Assembly: GCA_900088475.1 (NCBI GenBank)
Contig: FLMG01003138.1
Location: forward strand, 1-64,000
DNA length: 64,000 bases
Reading direction: 5' to 3'
Source: Hyphochytrium catenoides
Lineage: Eukaryota > Protista > Hyphochytriomycota
Shown piece after piece: positions 25,730 to 39,769 of this stretch. A program made the position numbers and the translations under genes. Numbering within the stretch: position 1 is the first letter of the stretch; each line of letters starts with the position of its first letter. The notes below the pieces were generated by a model, which made no database searches, had not been told where the DNA came from, and was given only the letters and a program-made list of their open reading frames with translations.

Positions 25730-26637
25730 ATGACACCTGAACAAATTGCCTTCTTTGAGTCCAATGGCTACCTGCTACTTCCAGGATTCTACTCTAGCGC
25801 GGATGTGAAGGAGATGCGGGCATCTGTTGCAAGGCTTCTGGAACAGTTTGACCCTTCAGAACACAAGAGCATCTTCACAACGAATGACCAGAGAAGAGTA
25901 GCGGACGCCTACTTCCTCAACTCTGGCGATAAGATTCGGTACTTTTTTGAGGAGGATGCATTTGATGCTGACGGGAATCTGAGAGCTGAGAAAGATAAGG
26001 CTATCAACAAGATAGGCCACTGTCTCCATGATCTTGACCCCGTCTTCAAGAGGTACTCCTATGATCCCCGGATCAAGGAAATTGCCTCTGCCTTGGGCTG
26101 TGTTAAGCCTCTCATCGCGCAGTCCATGTATATATTTAAGCAGCCTCGCATTGGGGGCGAGGTGGGTCCACATCAGGATGCGACCTTTCTCTACACAGAG
26201 CCACAGTCCGTGTTAGGCTTCTGGTGGCCATTGGAACGATGCACAAAGCAGAACGGCTGCTTATGGGCTATCCCTGGATCGCATAGAACCCCAGTTCGTC
26301 AGCACTTTCAGAGAAATAAGGATGAAACGGGATGTATCATGTCGCCTCCGACAGCTGAACCTTTTGATATTACAGGTAAGCAAAGGACGTTATTTTCTTT
26401 AGCAAATAGGTGCCTTTACCGCTTAATCACATCAATAATGTAGGAGCTGTTCCCCTGGAGATAGAGGAGGGCACACTTGTGCTGATACATCACGCTTTGG
26501 TCCACTTTAGCGAGGCGAACCGCTCCACAAGCTCCAGGCACGCATACACTATCCATCTTATAGATGGTGAAGCGCACTATCCAAAAGCGAACTGGCTCCA
26601 GCGACCAGCGAATAACTGGTTTAAAGGGTTCGACTAG
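25730..26637 (+). CDS. PHYHD1: Phytanoyl-CoA dioxygenase domain-containing protein 1-like Fe/2OG dioxygenase (2 exons)
   Basis: Motifs are FFESNGYL, FLNSGDKIRYFFEE, AINKIGHCLHDLDPVF, QSMYIFKQPRIGGEVGPHQDATFLYTEP (HxD), NGCLW.IPGSH, VHFSEANRS..SRHAY and NWLQ. Confidence 0.93.
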
Positions 26638-26704
26638 ATAAAAGCGAAAGGTGCCAACCCAATTTTCCTCTTCCATCCCGCCTGGATAAAATACTCTACC
26701 ATCA

Positions 26705-27670
26705 TCACCGGTTTCGACTGCTCCCAGTCCTTTCTAGATAGACGACATAATCTGCAAGCTGCTGAAGCTGTCCGAGACCTTTGATGGAGTGAAATGAGTC
26801 TGAAGGACAACCAAGCACCCACAATCCTGAGCACTTTACCTGTATCCCTCGCTACGGGCATGTTTATTCTGGTTGGACGGATAATTCTATGTTCTGCATC
26901 GACGGACCAGCCGAGCTCCTTGCATACTGCCGATCATTTTGTTAGTTTTGTCGTAGCTGTGACGAGGAATTTCTGTATCTGGGGCCAACCTTGGTACAGT
27001 TGCTCTTCAGTGGTTCCGATCTCTTTCATTAGTTCCTCCGTCTTTATGGCGGAGTACGCATTAGAGACCAGAGTTATGTTCTTGTTCCTTAGGTTAGCTG
27101 AATAGAAGAGTTGGATCAGGCCCCCAATCTACCTCGCACCTCTGGTACACTCACCCTTCAGCGCTGAAACCATTGCTTGGGGTGCACTGCTCCAGACGTC
27201 ATGATCAAACTTCTCAAAAGCAGATCGGAAGTCCCTGCTTGAGTTTGTAAGTCCCTCATTTCAAAGCCATCCCAATCTCTAGGTGGAGGTACTTGTACCC
27301 TTTCCAAAGGTCTTGCCCGACTCCCCAGCAGGCTTCGACTGCTGGTAAGCTCTTCATAGAGTGATCTAGGCGTTTCCAGAGGAATCGTGCACTGTCACTA
27401 GTGTTGAAGCTTAAACCTCTATGTCATTGGCAGAAAGCAGTCATGACCCTCTTACATGTCATTAGCCAAAAATAGCGACAAGAAGTAGGTAACATAGAAT
27501 TCTGGTTGTAAGGCCGTCCGTACTCTAGCAGCCTGAGAAACTGGAATCTTAGTTCATGGAATCCGGTGATTGGTCGAACGAACCCTTACTCGAAGCTCCT
27601 CCTCCTCCAGAAGCGTTTGCAGATCTTCCCAATTCCCCGCTTCTATTAACTGCATATACGTGGCAACCAT
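26705..27670 (-). CDS. CSN8: COP9 signalosome subunit 8 (PCI-like), many short exons
   Basis: The spliced translation is MVATYMQLIEAGNWEDLQTLLEEEELR / ...FYVTYFLSLFLAND / SARFLWKRL...WGVGQDLWK / RDF...W...MVSALK / ...LVSNAYSAI / ...ELGWSVDAEHRIIRP / ...LQQLADYVVYLE. This matches the CSN8 motifs ARYLWKR, LVSQAY and LTDYVAFLE. Confidence 0.88.
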
Positions 27671-28426
27671 GGTGGTGTTGTTCTGAGCTTTCTAGCCAGG
27701 TAGAGAAGGTACGTCGTACCCCGTCCACCAAAGTATACCTTGATGTTGAGCCAATATCCCAGAGCAGGCTTATTTGGAGAAGGAACTTACGCAGTCGACA
27801 TCTATAATAAAGAAGTGAGGGCAGAGATTGTGAGCAGAATCTCCTCCTCCTTGGTCATTGTCTGGTCTCATGATGAGAGCTTCACAGAGGTTGAAAGATC
27901 CCACTTCAGAACAATAAATAAGGGGACTGATGATCATGGACAGATAATGAAGACGAAAGAATAGAGAATCAAGGAGAAGAATCACTATGAGCGGTAATCC
28001 TAAGCCAATATCTTCCAGCGATTTGTTAGGCCTTTAAATAAAACCCCAGAGAAAGGTGTACTAAGGGCTTAAAGCACTGTCCTGACAGAAACGGACAGAT
28101 GTTGTTGATGGCTTCTGGACCTGATGCAGTGAAGCTTGCTTGAGGTGAAGGTCGCCCTCCGCTGCTGCTGGAACCTGAGGCGCCTCTCGCGCGTCTAAGA
28201 CAGCTCCAAGAGGATCTATATATCGCTGTCAGAGCACAGACCAGAGAATGAACTTTTCACAGCTTCGTGGACGATTCACTCGCGGTGCTTGAGTCAGTAA
28301 CACTGACTGCGAAGCCTACAGCCCCGATGGTGTTAGTGCTGAAGAATATCCCAGGCCCCTAACCGGTGGGGATAAGCGGACCCTATAAGGCAAGTGCACT
28401 TTGGGCGCCCAAGCATCGGAAGAGGA

Positions 28427-31400
28427 ATGCCGATCACTCCTGCGGAGGTGCCGCCAGGTCAGGCAATGACTCACCGACGGCTTTCCAAGGAGAGAAGCAC
28501 TAGCGTGCGAAGTAATCAATCGTCTACCTCGCTGTCTTCGCGACTGAGTGCAGAGCAGAAGGGGACCCTTGTTGTTATTGGCCATATCGCCTCTGGAGAT
28601 AGAGAGGACTGGAATGATGACTTTAGCGTAGAAAAGTTTTCTGATAGCCGAAGACCCAGCATATCCGAGACCAAACCTCTCGCACCCGCGCTCTCCGTCC
28701 GTCAAGAAGAGAAGCTACTGACTCCCTTCGCTAGTGAAGTCCCAAGCTCTTCCATAGATGGCCATGCTCAAGAACAAGGGACAAAGGCTGTAAATAGGTT
28801 TCCTACAGCATCTAGGGCGAGTGTCGTGGACAGAAAGAGCTCAGTTTGCTCATTGTACTACGACTGTGAGGACGGGATAGGTGACAATACATCCGAGCCA
28901 TCCTCTCTCCCCTTACCTATGCGGCCAAAGGTGGAATCAGAAGCCAGGAATGTGGAAGGGGCGGGCAATTTAGAGCCAGAGGAGGACTGGGACCAGGAAC
29001 TAGGTCTCTCAGCGGGAGAAACGGATGTAAGAAGTGCAGAGTTCACGTCGCTAATAAATGGTTTCCGCAACATTGTTAAAATTCCTCAACATCAAACCGA
29101 AGACCAGGAGAGAAGATGCAGCGATACGGCGCAGCAAATTCCTTATCGGTAAGGGATATCCTTTCGGGGTTGCGAAGAGGCTTATAACCTAAAACAACGT
29201 GTTAGCCATATATGTTGCAGTGAAAGTGCAGCATCTCTCTTCGGGTCTTCCCTCTTTCACTTTCTCTGTTTACATCTAGGTGATTACCTCACTCTTGATG
29301 CTTTGCCTTGGCCACAATCATCACCCTTGTTTCGTTGCGCTAACTTCCTGCCAGATGCTGTCTTATGGAGCAGGTAACCAAGAAGCAACAGCTAAAAATT
29401 TTGAAGTACCCCAAACCTCTCGTCCCTTTCAAGCTGAAGCATGAAGATGGGTATATTCTCCGCAGTGAGAAGATGCTCGAAGACTGGCTCAAGCAGTCGG
29501 TCAGCTCTAAGGTACAAACATAGAGAACTAGATAACAAGAGTTGAAGAAGAAAGAGATCATTGGGGATTCCGCGTACTAGTAGTAGTGAGCACCGCTTTT
29601 TCCGGGTGTGGCCTGATGCTGAAAGGTGTGTCGCGAGGTTCNNNNNNNNNNNNNNNNNNNNNNNNNNNNNNNNNNNNNNNNNNNNNNNNNNNCGCTATTC
29701 CCAACTCAATCGACTCATGCACCGTAAGTCCACGCCATACTAGTTGGGCTATAGGATGGTCAACCAATCAGTCTTGCCTCTCAATAGATATCATTCAGGC
29801 CCGGGTCCGTCCGAGTGGGTGTCACGGATACTTCTTGAGCTTCTGACACACGTCTCGTCTCCATTTAGTCTGCTGCTTACCTGGCTGCTGAAAGGGCAAC
29901 AGTGAAGGAGGATTTGGACCTACTTGAAGCCACTAAGAACAAGAATGCTTTCCTTTCTAAAATCCACGTTCGAGCTTACCTCGACTGCTGCTGGAGTGTC
30001 CATAGGAAAGAGAAGAGGGCTGCTTGCTGGAAGATGATCGTGCGCTTCTTTGAAAAGCTGGAGGGAAAGAGGAAGATCATAAGGAAGAAGTTATCATCTC
30101 CAGCTTCGCATTCGTCTGAGCTCTCTAATAGTGACGCTGGATGGAAGAGCACAAAGGCATCGCAGAGCTCCATCGACCATTTTGAGCTACCTCCTGATAT
30201 CGCTGGACCTGACGTCTCCAACTTAGTTCTGCAACTCCTAACACTTGGGATTTTGGTGCTATCACCAAACCACGAAGGTGAGACTACCTGGATACAGATT
30301 GGGGCCAGGAGGATGCCACGTGGGGCCATTTGATGTCTGATAGCAAGAAGCTGAAAGGGACGAAAGCGCAGGAAAGGCCCATACATACTTAGATTAGAGG
30401 AAATCGACGAATGGAAGGGGAGAACTCTACAAGAGAGAGTGAGACGGAGCTAGATCCGGTGCCCCGCCTTGGGCACGGGAGTTCTTAGCATTAGAATAGA
30501 TAGTTGGGCGGAAGATCTGGAGCAAAGGAGACCGAGAGTCTGACTTGCGCCGGTCCCTTTGGCGGAACTATGCCAAACTATCCTTCTATCAATTTCCTCC
30601 AGGGGGTCTGAACACAAGCACTACCAAGACTAAGTCAAAGCTGCGAAAGCGGCTGAAGTCGTTCGGGAAGATGCTGCAGACCACTGCTGCCGCTTTCCCT
30701 AGCCAAGCTGGTCAAGTGTCTCTTTCTGAACTCCGAGCCGTAGCTCATCATCTAGGTGATCTCACTAGATGGAAGGTGCCATATAAATGGCGTGCTCAGG
30801 TACGTGAAAAAGAGTGAGTAAGAGCATCAACAATACTACTTGGACCTCATCCTAATGTGAATGGGTAGAAGGACCCGCTCATTCCCGCCTCCCTCTCTTG
30901 GCTTTGCCGTACATCTCCGTACTCCCCGTCACTCCACTAAACCGGTGGTTCTCTTACTTTGCCTCTCTTCCACTTGACAGTTCCATTTGTGTCCCAGCGC
31001 TCTTCCAGGTCTCAAGCCCGCACTCTTTTTCACGTCAGCCCCTGCTGAGCTTCCAAAGCATCTATTACGGTCCTATGCACAGTGCTTAGTCTCCTCACGT
31101 CTAAGGAGGGAGCACCTCCAGGAAAAGCAGAAGCTTTCCCCCTCGTCCACTGGCCCCTCCTCTCCTCTGGAAAATGGAACTATCAGGTGTTCTGGGGGAA
31201 CCCTAAGTGGGCGCGATGAGGAAGCAATAGAGTCAGAACAGCTGCGTTTGCTCTTTCTCATAGTCTCATGCCTTAGCGATCTGCAACTTTGCCTCTCAGG
31301 TAACTCTCAGTTCTCTTAATCCCAAATGTAACTCTGTCTCAACCCAACTTTCTCCTTTGGCGGCGTTCCAGTTATGCCAGGAGCTGTTTACGTGATTAGC

Positions 31401-34400
31401 TCTCTTATCCCTTCCAATCACCCATTCATTAGCTTTCTCAAGTGACTGAATCTATCTTTTCATCTCCCTTTGCCAGTCTTGTCCTTTCCATACCTTCTGT
31501 AGTGGACTTATTTGAGTCACTTGATAGGTTTGTCACCCATCACCTGCACCGAGACTGAGAGCCTACGGAACTTAGCCCAGGAGCTAGGGGATGAAGACGA
31601 ACACCGCACGGCAAAGAATCAATCACTAGGGGATGACGAGGATGAAGACTGGGGGGAGCAGGAGATGAGTAAACCAGGCGAAGGGGATGACGATCTTGAC
31701 AGCCTTGACTGGTCAGATCTGGAAGAGGCAAACGAGTTTGAGAGGGCCATCCGCTGGCAAGAGGACGAGGGCGAAAACTCTCCTTGCCAGTTATCGGGTA
31801 ATGAGGCGGTAGGGATCAGCTACACCTCTCCGTCTGCCGCCGTAGAGAATTATCAAAGCCTTTTTGTGAGCAGCTTTCATAACTCAGGACATCGAGGTAG
31901 TGGGATGTCTCGCTCGAGCTCCTCTCGGCCCTCACATTGTCTACCAGGGGACCTCAGAATGGAGGAAGATTCTATATACGACCTCCTCCATTCGGGAAGC
32001 TTCCGGGTGCAGCTGCTACTAGACTTCTATTCTCTCCTTAGACCTCTATCTGCGGGAAGACTAATGATGAAGGCTGCCTTCGTTCTCGCCAAGTTTGGCC
32101 TGATGAGGGTCGGTGGAGGAGGCTGTGAAAGACGAAGAGATGGAGATGAGAGAGTGGCGAGCGAAAGGGGAGAGGAGGAGAGTCTGAGCTCCTTGTGTGA
32201 GCAACTCCTTTACGAATGCGTGCTTCTTATGGACCAGACGGAGCCAATTCCGAGCAGCAACGTCCCGTGCTTCACTAGCTTCGGAGTGCAGGGTAAGAAG
32301 TAGGATGGGAGTAGGGACATCATGAGACGTGGCCAGAGCTGGGGGTAGTGGGACAACGGCATCCCCAGTTGAACTGGAAGAGAAGACGCCAGCTATACGG
32401 CAGCACTATGTCACCGATTGTCTTGGTGCACTTTACTCTGTCCTTCTGCCCTGGGTGTCGTTGACCCTGCTGTGTGGTGCTCGATCGCTAGTTACTGAGC
32501 TACTTCTTCTATTGTTTCCTCTCATCGGCGGTTGCATTGACAGCGCTCGAGTCCTTCGGGGATATCCTCATACGCAACCAGAAGTATAAGTACGCTATCT
32601 TAGCGTATGAAGCAGCAATAACCGCGCACAAGATAAAGGAGAAGAGAGACTATGACAAGGTACCGCGTCCGTCAGCCCAGGTTTTTTGCTATTGTCGCAA
32701 CAAGGGCGTTCATAAACTACATATGAGACCTAAGTGTTACCTTCGGTCCTTTCGTTTCCTCGCCCATAACCTTCACTTACTCTCAGCTCAATCGGCGTCT
32801 GTGCGGCATAACCCTCCAGCATCGGGATCTACAACGGTCTCTATCTTATCACCTAAAGGTGTTGCAGAGCAGCAGGATGGAGCGAAACATCAATGAGTTC
32901 GTCTTCGTCTCTGAGGTTCTATCCAAGATTCAACTGGAACAGGGAATGTTCACCGCTGCTGGTAAGCAGGAATATCTAGCTAAACCCCGAAGATAGGAAG
33001 ACGGGGTGGACAACTAGCATGAAGACACCTTATCGTCGGGTACAGAGTGACCAGTGAGATCTCCCTTTCCACGGAACGACGAACAGATGCGACTTTCTTT
33101 TTGCTTTATGTTCTCCTTGGTTACTTAAGCCCGTTTACCTCATGACAGCTAAGCCGTCCTTGTTTTTTAGAGAGCAACCTACAAGTCGCCCTTATGTTCT
33201 TGAATGAGGCGTCGGCAGGTGAGAGACAAAGTCAGGCCTAGGAAAGGGTAACGTATAGAGAACAACGTCTTAGAAGACTAATTTGTAAAGAATACGGAAT
33301 GATAGCAGAAGTGATGATCAGGAAGAACCGAGGGGCAAAGAATAGTAAGAACTGAAGAGGATGGCTGAAAAATCTTCGTTTTGTCCTTGGGAGTCTGTGT
33401 GACGAAGCCATGACACGTTCGTTTCATTTCCTTTGTGCCAATCAGAGGTCTCCAGTCCGACACTGGCTGATTCATACCAGGCGCACAGGCTGGACCTTCA
33501 AATGAAGGTAAGAGTGAGGAGAACCGACCATGAATTCACTTGAAAGAGAGAGAATGGGTAAAAGCTACATTGGGAGAAACAAAACCAAGTGGTCTCGTGG
33601 TAGAGGCCGCGCAAGCTTAGAGCGGGATGGACGCTACTCCTGAGCGGTCACCAGCTCCTGGACCCTTGTACTAAGTAAATCTCTTCTAATCTGGCTGCCG
33701 AACATTCCACTTGTTTGCATACCGCGCAGATTGTAGAAGTACAGATCGCCCGAGACCACTTGGACCAAGCTACTAAGACGCTGCAGGGGATGGCCGAGGG
33801 TCTGCCTGCTTGCGCCCGCCGCTCCAATCTTTTCTTCCTCCTTCTCAAGTGCTTTTTGAGGATGAGGTGAGCCCATGAATGTTCAGGGCCGATGCCTTTA
33901 CGTTCGGGGCTCTCATATCCATATGGACCCACACGGTCATACCTTTTTACCTGGCAGACAGCTTGATGACTGCAATAGCATGTTTAGCGCGTTGGAGGCT
34001 GAGGCTCTGGTCTACCAGCTTAATCAAGAGGGAAAGAAGGGAGATAGCTATAACTTCGGTAAGCGCTAGTCCATCCATCGTTCCGTCTAGCAACCCTCTC
34101 TGTCTTTGAAAACTCTGACGGTTATGAAGCTGTCTCGAGTACCTTCTCTGTACACCTTCCTAAGAGTTTCTCGTGACTACATGCTGCACATTGATCCACG
34201 TACAAGTTATCCTTATGCTTTACTGACTTCATCTTGTGCAGATGGGTATAGAAGCCATGAGATCGTACAAAGCTATCAGTTTCGAAGCTACAAAGCTCGA
34301 GCTTTTCTCTATGCCCTCAGGCTTGAAGAAGGCGTCTCGTCCATCTCCTCCTATTTGTCTCTTTCACCGCCGATCTCTCATCCTGTCTTAGGCAAGCTCT

Positions 34401-37400
34401 GGTATCTCCAGGGAAAGATCTACGAAGAGAAGTACGATCAACTTGCCAACCGCAGAAGGGAGAGCAAACAAAGACGGCCTAGGAAAGCTACTGAAGACAG
34501 CTTAGATGGGCAGACAGGGACACCTGACCTTCAGCAACTGATGACGCAGAAGGAGGTAGCTTGTCAGGCGCTTGAGTGCTACAAGAAAGCTGTTAGTTAC
34601 TTTAGCGCCGTGGAAGACGTACAGAATCAAGCTAAATCTTCTGCAAGATTATCTTCCTTCATGCTCAAGAGAATCTTTGAGAGTGGGAGAGAGCAAGGAG
34701 ACAGCACAGAGCTTCTTAAGGTACATCTTCTAGCTTCTTTCCGTGCTCCTCCTGCTGTAGCAGAAACTGTGCCCTCCACAGCTATGCCGCTACATCGAGC
34801 GCCCTATCCAACAGTTGCATTTTCCACCTATGTCCCACTTCATCTCTCACTCTCACTCTCTCTTCGCACTTATCGCTCCGGGCCATCTCCCCTTTCTATT
34901 CTTCCCCATTCACTCTTCTGCAGGATTGTGCGGCATATACACTGACGTCTCTAGAGCGATGCGGAGAGACTGCTTCCCCATTAATCATGGCTCACTGCCT
35001 CGTCAACCTCTCGGAGCTTCGCTACTTACAGGATAGAATTGACCTGGCTCTTTCCGCTTGGAAAGAGGCTTACAGGCTTATCTCGTCACTCTACCTCCAG
35101 AAACGTAGCTTTGCTGTCATGAAGGGTGAACGAGAAGGGGAAGGAATAACCGAGGCGGCCGGAAATGGTAGTCTCCCTCTTGCCCCCTTTGGCCCTGGCG
35201 TTTTGATGAAGCTGGAAAGCCTCGTACGGCGGTTGGTCCGACTCAGCTTTCTCTTGAATCCGCCTCAATTGTTGTCAAAGGTAATGTTGCCTCAAGCCCT
35301 TCTCTTCTACACTACCATCTACTGTTCACTCCCTGCCTCATTTCAGTCTCGCCCTTTTCTCCGTGTCTGCTGCTGCTGGGCTATTTGTCGTTCTATGCTG
35401 TTCAATTTTTGTGCTGAAGCAATTATGTCTTTGACGTCGAAGGGAGAGAGCCTTCCTCTAAATTGCTAGCGATTTTGATATCTGCGGGTAGACAGCTACG
35501 AATGGGTGTTTGATCTGCTTCTTGTGCTCCCAACCTTCTCTTACACTCTTTCTCGGCTTTCGTTTGACATTCTCGTCCCTTTTTCAGGAGCTTCCGGTCG
35601 CGCATCTAATGAGCAGTCTAGTCTATTTGGAAGTTTTAAGGTATCACCTGGAGAATAGCCAGAGATACAAAGAGGAGCAGGATAGGCTCATGAAGCTCGC
35701 CATGCGGAGAAAGGATCCGGATGCGAGCATGAAAGAGGCTACTGTCTTGGATAACAGGGAGATAGCAGATGTAAGGCCCACTGTCAGCGTCCAAGCTGTC
35801 GCTCCTCTTCCTTTTCGCTGTATAGCTGGTTCTTCTCTCTTTCTCGACTCTCGCTGCAATTTTCCTCCTTCTCGTTGCCACATTCTCCTTCCTCTCGCCT
35901 AGCGTTCGTGATGGCGCATCATCTTCATACAGTTCAGGGGCGTTTTGTAGCCTGTATGATGCCCCCGTACGTTTGTACTAGGTGGCTGTCTCTCTCTGAC
36001 CTTCCTGTGACGAAAGAGTCCAGTTTGAAGGCCAAGAACTCTTCCTTCCCTCTTGGCTTTTTACTCATATGTTTCATTGGTTCTAGTTCTGATCCCAACT
36101 GTTTACTCTTCCCAGCCCGCCCTTTCAAAGGTTCCTTTTGCCCCTCCCGTTGACGCTGTCGTCACCGATTTGGAGAAGAAGAGGAAAAGAAGCTCCTATT
36201 CAGATTTCCAAAGCCTAGTGCAGCAGATGCAGGGCAGAGATAAGGTCTCTGTGAAGGTATAGCCAGTCTCTCTATTAGACCCACTTGCACTTCCATCGGA
36301 ACAGGTCTTTTCGCACTCCCAAACCTGTTCCCTTCTCAAGTTTAGCCTATCGCTAGCGGAACCTACCTCCGTCTGTCCGTCTTTTGGAGCTCTACAACGC
36401 CCTCTTTTTCAAGACTTTCTCTAACTTCCTCGAATGCCTGACTGACACTGTCGTGTGCATCGGTTCTATAGGTGGAGTCTCCCTCTTCAGTGCCCTCCCA
36501 CCTTGCAGGTGAGCAGATAGCAGACACAGAAGAAAAGCTACTCTCTGGGTTGCTGAGAGAAGAACCCTCTGCCTTTGCACCAGGTGAACGTAACTTAGTC
36601 TTCTCTGTTTAGAGGATTTCCGCGTTCTCTCTCTCCTTTCCCATGGCTTAACTTATCTTCCCTATCCCTGACATCAGCTTTGACCCACCCCATTTTGGAC
36701 CGCCCTACCAGCCACCTCGGCTTCTTTTTAGCTTTGTTCCTGCTTCAGATTATGCCTTAGGGCGGAATGTTAAACTTATCTTCTCCCCGTATGCCTTATT
36801 GGAAATTCTTTCAGCCCTTCCACTTACCAAGTACCAAGGAATGAGCAGCATGACTTCCTCAGAGGCGCTCTGGAGCTGCTTTTATAGGCTACACAATCTG
36901 AATCCTAGGAAGTACCAGACGGGAGAAATGTCCCTTAATGACTTCAGGAGGTGGGGCCATCCTTAGGGTTAAGGTCTCGTCTAAGGATCTCTTTGTCTAG
37001 CATCGGGGCGTTTCTTCTCTGCCATAGACCACGATTCGATGCTAACAATCTCTGTATGTCCTTGTTAAAGCGAGAACATTCGGATCATGCAAGAAATCCT
37101 TCGCCTCAAACGGGAAGTAGAAGGCCCCGAGCACAATGGTTGCTGGCTCGAAGAAGAAGAGAAAGGAAATGCGGAAGATGCCGATGCTGACTCAGGAGGT
37201 CCACTAGTCTTTATGCAGGAGAAATCACTCAATGGCTCTAACAAGACCCGACATTCTGATGGAGCAAGCCAAACCTCAGGGAGAAGCAGAACTAGTAAGC
37301 GCATTGGCTGCCAAGAGAGCGGATGTAGTCAGCTACTCTACCTTAGCAGTGTGAACGGTATATTCTATAGCTTTAGACCAAGCACCAGTGAATACTGCGT

Positions 37401-39769
37401 GTGGGAGGAATGGACCAGGGACAACTTAGAAGAGAGAGCACAAGGACGTAGCAGACAGGGCCCCTTCCGGGCCCTTTTGGATGGTGCCCGTCCTCACGAC
37501 AAGGACCTTGTGCTGACTGTACTCACGGACCTGCTGGGGGAGGAGGTAAATGAATGCAGAGCTTGTGCTTGCAGAACCCATCCCTTCCTCTGCAGCTCTC
37601 TTTCCCTTCTCGCTGGATGCGAAACTCTTCAGTCCCCTAACGTACTTCTATTGAACGGTTGATAGCCTTTGGGCTGCGGTGCCGCAGAGCCTGCTAGCAT
37701 GGGCTCTATGAGTGACTAGGATACATAGTCTTGGCACTGTCTAGAGAGAGAGGTCGTCTGCTGCTTTGGCCTATTTGAGTCCTTTCAGACTTTCTCACTA
37801 AGCGTGCCACAGTTTTCTGGCTCTAATAACCTCCTTTCGTATCGGGACACGTGTCCAACTCATCTTGCAGGCAATGCTGATGGTCTTTTCTTCGCTACTG
37901 CTGGAACGGTCAGTGCTGATAGTGGGGAATGTTGAAAAGCACGGCCTAATTACTGGCGCTGTGGACTGCCTGCTGCGTCTGATCCGGCCTCTACATTGGA
38001 AGGGACTTTGTATACCTCTCCTTCCGCCCTCATGTAGCTCACTTCTTATGGTAAGAAAGAGCTGCCTTCGGATTTGTCCCCACAGAGCTGCTTCCTCCTG
38101 CTTGCATTAAACGAATTATTATTGTTTCACTGGAGTCAGCATGATTAATCGCCAACAGGGCGGTGACGCCCCATCATCGCAACTGTCGTCCTCTTTTGTT
38201 CTATTACTAGTCTGGGTCTTTGGTCTCTTTAGCCTTAGTTTCCTGTATGCCCCCGTCTTACTTGGGCAAGCTGCCCCTGCTCTGTCCTCCGTCCTGTCCA
38301 TCATCTTCACGGGGATGTGTTACTTATCTCAACTCTACCTTCCTGTGTCTCTTTTCCAATTGGAACAGGATCTTTGCCTCAGACCTGGCAATGCTGAGCC
38401 TTTCATTATGGGAACCTTTGATGTGGTCCTGCAGCGCTGCCAGAGGCAGTTTGTCCTTGAAGAACTAGAGAATACCAGGAAGGACGATGGAAGGGATTGT
38501 AAAGGGTGGCAAGACGTCAGCTCCGTTCTAAAGGCCTCCAATCTGCCATCGACAATAGTTGTGGATCTCTCTCAGGCGAAAGTGACGATAGGTACTGATG
38601 GGGCAGATGGAGCAGCAGCAGAATGCTCTCTTCTTCCCAAAAATGTATTGGATAAGATATATGTGTCTTTATTTCAAGATCAGCATGGGAACGCTAGGAC
38701 AGGCTCATCTCTTAGCCGATGGTTTTCCAAACACCTGAGAGGAGGAAGGAATGGAGAACAAAGGCCACGCCCGGAGAAGAACCCTTCCACCTCTCTGATG
38801 GCACAGCCTAATAGGAGACAGGACAGCTCAGGCTTCGATCGGGGCGGCCGCCTATCGTCTGCCCTACGCCAATTCCTTGTCTCCCTCTTGAAGCGATACC
38901 CTGTATACTACAAGGAGATATCGGAGTCGGAAGAGGCAGCAAGCGGGATAAAGAGATCGAGACTTGTCTTTGACGCGGAAGGGTTTTGCAAAGGGGGAGA
39001 TGCGTCACTGATGGACTTTCTCTCAAAGTTGGTGACGGCGGAGCACTTCAGGTCCCTCGTCAACCCACTCAATCAACCTCACTCTCAGTCAGCATTAGCT
39101 GCTAGTGGCCCACTGACTAGCTTTATGGCAGGATGGCGGGTAAGGCATTTCTGACATCTACTACAGAGACTTGACTGTTAGTTCACGGATTCTGCTGGCT
39201 ATTTTCTCTGCTCCTAGGAGGACGCGGCAAGAAGGATGACTCAGAAGGTTCTCAAGTATCGGCGCCTGCGAAGCCTAACCCTTAGCGGCTACCTGCTCGT
39301 AACCCTTGGTGACGCTAGTGAAACGCAGGAAGGATTGACGGAGAGAAAGGAGGAGAAAAGACGTTGGTGTACATTGACCAGCACGGAGATTATAGTCTAT
39401 CGCTGGAGAAGCAAGACAAATGAGAAAGGGCGCCTGCATCTAAGTCCAAGTAGCACGAGCCTCGTCTTAGTACCTTCGCCATTCCTCTTAGGCTGCGATC
39501 GCAAAGGAGGGCGACAAGTGCATCTAAGGCTACAGAAGAGCGTTGATGTGAAGAAGGAAGAGATGATCGAGATATCGACTCCAAATGTCATTAGACCAGA
39601 AGCGACTGTCAGTCAACTCACGCACCTTGCCTTTCGGTGTGAGAGTGAGGATCAGTGGAGGGAGTGGACCTCAGCCATCAAAGCGCGCCTTTTGCAGCAA
39701 GACATTTGGGAAAGGATGCAACACTTGTATGGAGAAGAAGGGGACGGCAGTAGATCAAGTGAACGATAG
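28427..39769 (+). CDS. Very large multi-exon protein: disordered N-terminus, TPR-like helical region, DENN (core + dDENN) and C-terminal PH domain
   Basis: TPR-like exons include ALESFGDILIRNQKYKYAILAYEAA, LGKLWYLQGKIY, QALECYKKAVSYF and LVNLSELRYLQDRIDLALSAWKEAY. The cDENN reads VFSSLLLERSVLIVG...LLRLIRPLHW..LCIPLLP...PFIMG and the dDENN reads FLVSLLKRY...FDAEGF...FLSKLV. The PH domain reads LSGYL...KRRWCTLTSTEIIVY...FRCESEDQWREWTSAIK. The start may lie further upstream, and the single-gene model is inferred. Confidence 0.7.
29642..29692. other. Assembly gap (51 N)
   Basis: Run of n. Confidence 0.99.

Noticed and set aside
38141-38369. Apparent transmembrane helices within the DENN domain
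   Set aside because: This is a pyrimidine-rich intron read in frame between a GT donor (~38051) and an AG acceptor (~38369).
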